From positions 1-62,665 of the IMG/VR virus record IMGVR_UViG_3300018080_000186: 62,665 bases of DNA; one strand, written 5' to 3'. The position numbers and the translations under genes were made by a program. The notes beneath the pieces are model-generated. The model was not told the origin of the DNA, searched no databases, and saw only the letters and a program-made list of their open reading frames with translations. This document shows positions 56,780 through 62,665 of the stretch, one piece after another (within the stretch, counting starts at the first letter, position 1; each line of letters starts with the position of its first letter). Source of the DNA: a virus (Duplodnaviria; Caudoviricetes).

Positions 56780-58753
56780 ATGGCAGCGAAGGGAAGGAAG
56801 CAGGTCGAGAAAATCAGTGGCAGTCCTCTGCAGAAGCTCCTGGCTCTGGCGCAGGAGCACAACCTCGAGCACTACCGATGCCTGGTCCGTCGGCGCAAGC
56901 CCGACGGCACGATGAAGATCATCAAGACCTACAAGCATCTCAAGCCGGAAGAGATCGACCACATGGTGGACTGGATCCCGGAGATGTACGGAGGCGGTGA
57001 CTTCGAGGTGGAGATCACGCACCCGATGGATCCTCAGCAGAGGTGGTACAACTGGGGCTTCGAGGCGGAGGGAGATCCCGTCGAGCCTCAGCGCAAGGGG
57101 TCGACTCCCGTCAGTGGCATCGACCAGTCCCTGCAGGGGGCGCAGGCGCAGCAGCAGTACCCCCCGTGGAATCCTCCGCAGCAGCATGCCCCGATGGCGC
57201 AGCAGGGCCCACCGAGACCGGGGATGCCCCCCGGATCTCCCCTCGCCGGGTACGCCCCTCCCGGAATGCCCCAGTACAACCCGTGGGGCTACCAGCGCCC
57301 ACAGGCCACCCCGCAGTCCACAGGCCCCTCGGCTCGCGAGAGGGCCCTCGAGCAGGAGATGGCGGCGCTGAGGAAGCAGAACGAGGACATGCTCCGCAAT
57401 CTCCAGGACCAGCGCCACCAGGAGGAGCTCCGTCGTCAGCGCGAGGAGTCGGATCGGCAGTTCCGCGAGCTCAAGACGAGCATGGACCAGCAGATCCAGC
57501 TCCTGAAGAACGAGCTCACGCAGAACCGCAACCGCCCCGACGACGGCGGCGGCATGAAGGATCTGTTCAACATCTTCATGAAGAGCCAGGAGGCCAACCA
57601 GACCATGCTCACCTCGCTGATGAAGCGAGACAGCGAGAGTGCCAAGGACCAGCTCAAGCACATGCAGTCGCAGATGGAGAAGGATCTGGAGTTCCGCAAG
57701 GAGATGTACCAGATGGCGATGGACCAGAAGGATCCATCGCAGGCCGCGGCGATGCTCGACGTGATGGGCCAGCAGACCGCCTCGATGCTCAACCTCATCA
57801 ACCAGGCGGTGAGCTCGGGTCTGCTCGGCCAGGCCGACGGAGATCCCGCATGGCTGAGAGCGGTGCAGCAGGGGCTGCAGGGGCTGCAGGAGTTCGGGCA
57901 GAATTTCCTCACGGCCAAGCAGCAGGAGGCCGCGATGGCCCAGCTCCGTCAGCCACCGCAGCCCGGAGCCCCGAGGTTCCCCCCGCAGAGACCCGGAGCC
58001 CCGCCGCAGCAGGGCCCACCGATGCCTGGACAGGCCCCCGCGGCGCCGGCGATGCCGCCACAGGGCCCGCAGGCACCGACGGCGGTACCGGGGATGCAGG
58101 CGGCCGGACTCGGCCAGCCCCCGGCCCAGGCGCAGCAGCAGGAGCAGGAGCCCGAGGATGAGGAGGAATACGAGGAGGGAGGGGCACCTCAGGCTCCCCC
58201 CTCTCTCATCGTCCCGATCCAGAAATACGAGGAGGGAGGGGCACCTCAGGCTCCCCCCTCGCTCATCATTCCGATTCAGAGGTTCACCAGCGCCATCGCG
58301 GATGGGGCACCCCCGGAGATCGTCGCGGACCTCATCTACTCCTTCGTGGACTTCCTCCGTGCCAACGACATGCTGCCGCCGGAGTGGCGCAACGTCTACA
58401 CCGACCCGGCCGACACCATCGACAAGTTCCTGCAGGCGTTCGTTCCCCACATCCAGCCCACCCGTGACTACCTGACTGAGGTCGGGGGCTACTTCCTCGA
58501 GAACGAGCGCGAGTACGGTCCCGACAGCGAAGACGGGAGCCCCGGGCCGAGCGCGAAGCTCCAGGTCGTGGATTCTCCAACCCCGCCGGCGTCCCCCGAC
58601 GAGGAGGAACCGGAGGTGCAGGAGGTCGAGGCGAAGGAGAAGGTGATCGAGGAGGAGGAGACGGAGAGCGACAAACCCGATCCCGACATCGAGCCACCCT
58701 CACCGCTCGAGCCGCCCAAGGACGAGAGCCCGCAGCCCCCGGCCTCGGAGTAG
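56780..58753 (+). CDS. Gln/Pro/Met-rich coiled-coil protein, assembly scaffold candidate
   Basis: Globular N-terminus, Q/P linkers, coiled coil, helical domain, acidic tail. Confidence 0.7.
   Translation: MAAKGRKQVEKISGSPLQKLLALAQEHNLEHYRCLVRRRKPDGTMKIIKTYKHLKPEEIDHMVDWIPEMYGGGDFEVEITHPMDPQQRWYNWGFEAEGDPVEPQRKGSTPVSGIDQSLQGAQAQQQYPPWNPPQQHAPMAQQGPPRPGMPPGSPLAGYAPPGMPQYNPWGYQRPQATPQSTGPSARERALEQEMAALRKQNEDMLRNLQDQRHQEELRRQREESDRQFRELKTSMDQQIQLLKNELTQNRNRPDDGGGMKDLFNIFMKSQEANQTMLTSLMKRDSESAKDQLKHMQSQMEKDLEFRKEMYQMAMDQKDPSQAAAMLDVMGQQTASMLNLINQAVSSGLLGQADGDPAWLRAVQQGLQGLQEFGQNFLTAKQQEAAMAQLRQPPQPGAPRFPPQRPGAPPQQGPPMPGQAPAAPAMPPQGPQAPTAVPGMQAAGLGQPPAQAQQQEQEPEDEEEYEEGGAPQAPPSLIVPIQKYEEGGAPQAPPSLIIPIQRFTSAIADGAPPEIVADLIYSFVDFLRANDMLPPEWRNVYTDPADTIDKFLQAFVPHIQPTRDYLTEVGGYFLENEREYGPDSEDGSPGPSAKLQVVDSPTPPASPDEEEPEVQEVEAKEKVIEEEETESDKPDPDIEPPSPLEPPKDESPQPPASE
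58167..58280 (+). repeat. 57-bp in-frame tandem duplication
   Basis: 58167-58223 vs 58224-58280 differ at 4 positions; each copy encodes YEEGGAPQAPPSLI.PIQ. Confidence 0.9.
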
Positions 58754-58756
58754 GCC

Positions 58757-59206
58757 ATGGTCGGGGTGCTGGCGGGATGGCTCCTGCGAAAATGGTGGGA
58801 GAGGCGCAACGCGCCGCCCCCTCCCGAGCCGGAGCCGGATCCCAACGGAATCTACGAGGGAACCGTGACCCTCTCGAGCGTCGTGGCGGGCCCGGTTCGT
58901 CGTGAGTGCAAGATCAGCGAGCCGCTGGACGAGGACGGCACCCGGGTGCTCCTCGAGGAGGGCGAGAAACTCGTGGAGACGACGCAGTGGGCCACGAGCA
59001 TGAAGAGCCGGGAGGACGGTCGAATCACGATCCGCTTCGAGGGAGACAGCGGTGCTCGCGACGAGATGATGAGGGCCGGAGTCGGAGACGAGTACCGCCT
59101 CGAGTTCTATCTCCTGAAGAAGGAGAAGCCACCCGTGCGGCCCGCACCATGGGAGGGTGGACATCGACCGTTCGGTGACGATGCGGGAGGAGGGATGTTC
59201 TCATGA
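58757..59206 (+). CDS. Hypothetical protein
   Basis: Has an RBS and is coupled to the next gene. Confidence 0.55.
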   Translation: MVGVLAGWLLRKWWERRNAPPPPEPEPDPNGIYEGTVTLSSVVAGPVRRECKISEPLDEDGTRVLLEEGEKLVETTQWATSMKSREDGRITIRFEGDSGARDEMMRAGVGDEYRLEFYLLKKEKPPVRPAPWEGGHRPFGDDAGGGMFS

Positions 59207-59898
59207 GCACGAAGAAGGATTCAGTCATGTTGTGCTTCGCGCCGATGCACAACACGAAGAACCGTCGGGACGCGAACGAGTTCCAGCGCCAGGCCGCCTA
59301 CTTCCTGGACTACCACAACCAGGACATGGGGATGCTGGTGCTCGTGGACAACAAGCAGTCGAAGTCGCGGATGCGAAAGACGGTGTACGATGCCATCGAG
59401 GAGTACTGCGGCGGACAGATCTGCTCGGTCCACTTCTTCTGCCACGGGTACCGCAAGGGGATCCAGTTCGGATTCACGACGAGGAACCTCGAGCTGCTCG
59501 CCAGAAAGATCTGGGCCGCAACGAGTTCGGCGCCAATCGTGACCTTCTATTCCTGCGACGTGGGACGTGACGCTGATCGCAACCGCCAGGACGACCTGCA
59601 GACCATCGGTGGCGACGGCGGGTTCTGCGACGAGTTCCGCGACGAGCTCTGTCGAGTGGGCGCAGTCAACTGCAGGGTCGATGGGCACACCACGGCGGGT
59701 CACACGACCAGGAATCCCCACGTCCGCCGCTTCAACGGTGCCGGCTCGATGACCGGCGGCCTGGGCGGCTTCTACCTCGTGTCGCGGGGCAAGAAGGATC
59801 TCTGGAAGATCTGGCGACAGGAGCTCACTGGTGACTACCGCTTCGAGTACCCGTTCCAGACCGAGAACGAGATCATCGACTACCTGAAGAGCCTCTGA
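59203..59898 (+). CDS. Putative caspase-fold (clan CD, C80/DUF4347-like) cysteine peptidase
   Basis: His-Cys dyad pattern VHFFCHG ... VTFYSC. Confidence 0.55.
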   Translation: MSTKKDSVMLCFAPMHNTKNRRDANEFQRQAAYFLDYHNQDMGMLVLVDNKQSKSRMRKTVYDAIEEYCGGQICSVHFFCHGYRKGIQFGFTTRNLELLARKIWAATSSAPIVTFYSCDVGRDADRNRQDDLQTIGGDGGFCDEFRDELCRVGAVNCRVDGHTTAGHTTRNPHVRRFNGAGSMTGGLGGFYLVSRGKKDLWKIWRQELTGDYRFEYPFQTENEIIDYLKSL

Positions 59899-60022
59899 CT
59901 TCCCTCTTTGAGGCCTGAAAAGCCCATCTCGCAAGACCCCTGTCAAGTACGAATTTGGGGGTGGTATACCTTAAGGTAAGACGGTCCCGGCCCGACCGGC
60001 ATTCCGAAAACCCGTGGTATAG

Positions 60023-60655
60023 ATGCCTTGTATGTCGGGAGCGGTATCCACAGACACGCAAGTGGCAGGCTACTCAATCGTCGGAGACGACGACCGGGTA
60101 GAGCTCATCCGTCAGATGGTCTTCGAGAGCATCAAGGACCCGCTTGTGCTCTGGACCGCTCGACACATCACAGCGAAGTGCCAAGGGCGCGACGATCACT
60201 GCGAACTGGAAGCCTTGTACGAGGCCGTCAAGAAGGGTCCGATACCTCTGCCCGATGGGGACAGCGGGAAGGTGATCGAGACACCCGGATTGAGGTTCGT
60301 CAACGACCCGCGATTCACGGACACCTACCCTACCGCGGGGAAGATCCTGAGGTGGCAGGCGCAGGGGGCGAACGGGGAGGACTGCGACGGCCACACGATC
60401 TTGGTCGATGCGATGCTCAACGCACTGGGCTGGCTCACGGGCGGGGTGATCGCGAGCAAGGACGGCAACGAGTTCGTCCATGTGTTCCCGGTCGCCGGCT
60501 ACCCCAAGGATGAACCGACCGAGTGGATCCCGATGGACACCACGGTGAAGGAGGCGAGTGTAGGTTGGTGGCCGCCCAAGACCCTCGTGAGGCGCATGAG
60601 GATCTACGGATTCCTGCCAAACTTCCAGGCGAAGGGAAGGGAGCTCAGACTATGA
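60023..60655 (+). CDS. Transglutaminase-like cysteine protease, putative maturation protease
   Basis: V....RF..DP, DCDG (catalytic Cys), HVF (His), W.PMD.T (Asp). Confidence 0.8.
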   Translation: MPCMSGAVSTDTQVAGYSIVGDDDRVELIRQMVFESIKDPLVLWTARHITAKCQGRDDHCELEALYEAVKKGPIPLPDGDSGKVIETPGLRFVNDPRFTDTYPTAGKILRWQAQGANGEDCDGHTILVDAMLNALGWLTGGVIASKDGNEFVHVFPVAGYPKDEPTEWIPMDTTVKEASVGWWPPKTLVRRMRIYGFLPNFQAKGRELRL

Positions 60656-61737
60656 ACATCATCAGCGGCGCAGCGATGCCGGGTGGCCCCTGGATTCTCC
60701 CCGAGGAGTTCGAGCACCCGAACTGGTTCACGCTTCAGAGCGCGAGCTCTCAGCAGATCCTCGAGGGCCGTGGGTTGCCCTCGTTCCCGCAGTACAGCGG
60801 CTACGGCGCCGCTCGCATGGAGCGACCGGCAGCGATGCGGCGCAGCGCAGCCCGGAGAAGGTTCGTTCAATCTCATCCGAGAACACCAGAAGAGTTCCGT
60901 CAGGAGCTCAACCAAGCAGAGCAAATGCTGGCCAACATGGGTTACAGCATCACCTCCAGGGAGATCGGTCACTTCTATGGTGACTCAGCAGGGAACCAGA
61001 TCGAATACTACAGCCAAGTGGGCCCATACGGATTCCACATGGCCAAAGAGTTCTACAAGCCTGACGGAGGATACTATTCCACCGTTTTCTGGGATGTATT
61101 GGATCGCAACGTCAGGGAGTACGCCGAGAGTCATCCGCAGACGCAGGCCACGCCATCCCGCCGCGGAGCTCTCCGCGGCCTCGGCGCCGCAGCTCCTCGC
61201 AGTGCAACGAGATCCAGGAGACCGACAACTCCGACGCGGAGGGGTAGCTACACTCACCCCCCCACGTTCGAGAACGCAAAGCGACAGCTCGAGTCGGAAC
61301 TGCGGAGTCGCGGGTGGACGCAGTTCCGGGAAGAGGTCGACCCATACGAAAGTCCACGCGGCCCTGGCGAGGACCACTACTTCTACGTGAGGGGCCCGGA
61401 CCAGGAGTACCAGTACGCCTGGTATCAGACACAGCCACCCGGAGGCCCTACCCCATACGGATTCTCTGGACACGTCGAGTTCAGTATCCTTCGGGTGGCC
61501 GATGCTCCGGCGCAGAGATCTCGTACGCACCTTCCCCAGAGAAAGGTTCCGATGCGAGGCCTCGGCCGGAACATCTCCTGCGCCCAGACCATGGGTGGAG
61601 AGCTCCAGTGCTCCTACACGGAGGCTCCCCGGGGCCGCGTCCGTCAGTCGATGCTGATGGGTCTCGGCGCCGGCCCGCGGGCGAACTCGAGGCGGCTCCC
61701 CTGGTCGGCGTTCCGAGGCGAGGTTGTCCTGCCGTGA
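60652..61737 (+). CDS. Polyprotein-like protein with two related modules between G[YL]G sites
   Basis: YSGYG, LRGLG, MRGLG and LMGLG sites; the HP.T.E...L...G[YW]...Y...GP module occurs twice. Confidence 0.7.
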   Translation: MNIISGAAMPGGPWILPEEFEHPNWFTLQSASSQQILEGRGLPSFPQYSGYGAARMERPAAMRRSAARRRFVQSHPRTPEEFRQELNQAEQMLANMGYSITSREIGHFYGDSAGNQIEYYSQVGPYGFHMAKEFYKPDGGYYSTVFWDVLDRNVREYAESHPQTQATPSRRGALRGLGAAAPRSATRSRRPTTPTRRGSYTHPPTFENAKRQLESELRSRGWTQFREEVDPYESPRGPGEDHYFYVRGPDQEYQYAWYQTQPPGGPTPYGFSGHVEFSILRVADAPAQRSRTHLPQRKVPMRGLGRNISCAQTMGGELQCSYTEAPRGRVRQSMLMGLGAGPRANSRRLPWSAFRGEVVLP

Positions 61738-61931
61738 GAGTGGTCGTTCCCAGGAGCTACCGCAGGCTCGAGCAGATCCCCGAGGAGCTCGCGCTGCCGG
61801 CCTCCCAGATCGGGGCCACGCAGCCGTCGTCCCGGGGTGAGGCCATCTCGGTGATCGGCGTCACCCTCGCGTTCTTCTCCACCCTCATGATCTTCGCATC
61901 ACTGATGGGACAGGGGGCCGAGAAGCGATGA
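61734..61931 (+). CDS. Small membrane protein
   Basis: Single TM helix; coupled GTG start. Confidence 0.55.
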   Translation: MRVVVPRSYRRLEQIPEELALPASQIGATQPSSRGEAISVIGVTLAFFSTLMIFASLMGQGAEKR

Positions 61932-62260
61932 GGAAGCGCAAGCCCAGGAAGGTGCCGATCCACGATCCTGGCCTCGGGGCCAATCTCGACGTGATGACCC
62001 TCTCGGGCTACGGGGAGAAGCGCAAGGGTCTCTGGCAGGAAGTCTACGGGGGCAAGCGCAACTACCCGAAGCTCAACGGCACTGGCAAGAAGAAGTGCGT
62101 GAGCTGGAAGACGGTCGGGAAGGGATGCAAGTGCAAGCCCCAGTGCGTGAGCTTCACCTCGCGATCCAAGGGCATGAGCAAGAAAGCAGCCGTCTCGCAA
62201 TGCGAGCGGAAGTGTTCAACCAAGAAGCGCCGGAAAAAGAGCCGACGCGGGAGGAAGTAA
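61928..62260 (+). CDS. Lys/Arg/Cys-rich core-like protein
   Basis: Extremely basic; PGLG and LSGYG motifs. Confidence 0.7.
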   Translation: MRKRKPRKVPIHDPGLGANLDVMTLSGYGEKRKGLWQEVYGGKRNYPKLNGTGKKKCVSWKTVGKGCKCKPQCVSFTSRSKGMSKKAAVSQCERKCSTKKRRKKSRRGRK

Positions 62261-62451
62261 TGGCAAAGAAGAAGAGGAAGATCTGCCGCAGCAAGTCCAC
62301 CGGCAAGATCGTGTCCTGCAAGCGCCAGAGGGCCGGCCGCAAGGCCGCCAAGTCGAAGGGCACGCGGGGACTCGGCAAGTCCAAGCGCAAGGGTCGCTGC
62401 CTGAAGTGGAGCAAGGGGCGCACCCGGTGCATGAAGAGGAAGAAGAGCTAG
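62260..62451 (+). CDS. Protamine-like Lys/Arg/Cys-rich protein
   Basis: 63 aa with no acidic residues; TRGLG motif. Confidence 0.7.
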   Translation: MAKKKRKICRSKSTGKIVSCKRQRAGRKAAKSKGTRGLGKSKRKGRCLKWSKGRTRCMKRKKS

Positions 62452-62489
62452 GGGTCGTACCCCCATCGCCATAGAAGGAGGAAACCATC

Positions 62490-62665
62490 ATGGCAAAGAA
62501 GCGCAAGAAGTCCAAGAAGCGCCGCTCGTACAAGGGGTACGGCAACCCCCTTCGCATCTACAGCGGCTACGGCAAGGTCAAGGTCTCCCTCGGCATCATG
62601 CTCCCGGCCCTCGTCGGCGGCACCGGTGCTCTGGGTTCGACCCTTCTCATGCGGGCGTTCGTGCC
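62490..62665 (+). CDS. 5' part of the junction-spanning membrane/core protein
   Basis: MAKKRKKSKKRRSYKGYGNPLRIYSGYG..., continuing into 124-610. Confidence 0.85.
   Translation, partial: MAKKRKKSKKRRSYKGYGNPLRIYSGYGKVKVSLGIMLPALVGGTGALGSTLLMRAFV
62543..62665. repeat. Terminal direct repeat, right copy
   Basis: Identical to 1-123. Confidence 0.97.

Noticed and set aside
1-62665. tRNA or rRNA genes, reverse transcriptase/DGR, transposases
   Set aside because: No cloverleaf with a T-loop consensus, YxDD reverse-transcriptase motif, TR/VR pair or DDE transposase was recognised by eye. A tRNAscan or HMM run is needed to be certain.

Overview
The window is almost certainly one complete circular ~62.5-kb (62,542 bp) high-GC bacteriophage or virus genome: bases 1-123 are repeated exactly at 62543-62665 and one gene runs across the junction. 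Nearly all genes are on the + strand. (i) A ~30-kb late/structural block (about 56.0 kb through the junction to 23.2 kb) has no recognisable terminase, portal, HK97 capsid, tail genes or packaging ATPase. It instead encodes candidate jelly-roll capsid proteins (671-1357, 1486-2337, 2342-2749), about 14 C-terminally anchored membrane proteins, very basic core-like proteins, a beta-helix spike, membrane-anchored murein hydrolases and two predicted cysteine proteases. This points to a tailless, internal-membrane virus. Many of these proteins carry a recurring Phi-x-G-[LY]-G motif that resembles a maturation cleavage site. (ii) An early block (23.5-55.9 kb) looks like that of a tailed phage: replication initiator with internal origin, DnaB, RuvC-like resolvase, annealing protein plus Cas4-like exonuclease, tyrosine recombinase, DNA methyltransferase, TGT-fold, GP88 and Gp37/68 proteins, four RHH regulators, and no CI-type repressor. 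The most striking unexplained signal is a 12-mer, GGGAGCCGAACA. It covers the translation start of four genes, three of them first in their operon. Its fifth copy lies in an intergenic region whose minus strand folds like a small RNA, suggesting a multi-target antisense-RNA immunity switch. Two further leftward-promoted non-coding RNA candidates and a pseudoknotted replication-gene leader are also visible. The host is inferred to be a peptidoglycan-containing bacterium, plausibly Myxococcota or a related lineage. All family calls come from motif recognition by eye, not from database searches. Many small hypothetical early ORFs are not listed individually.
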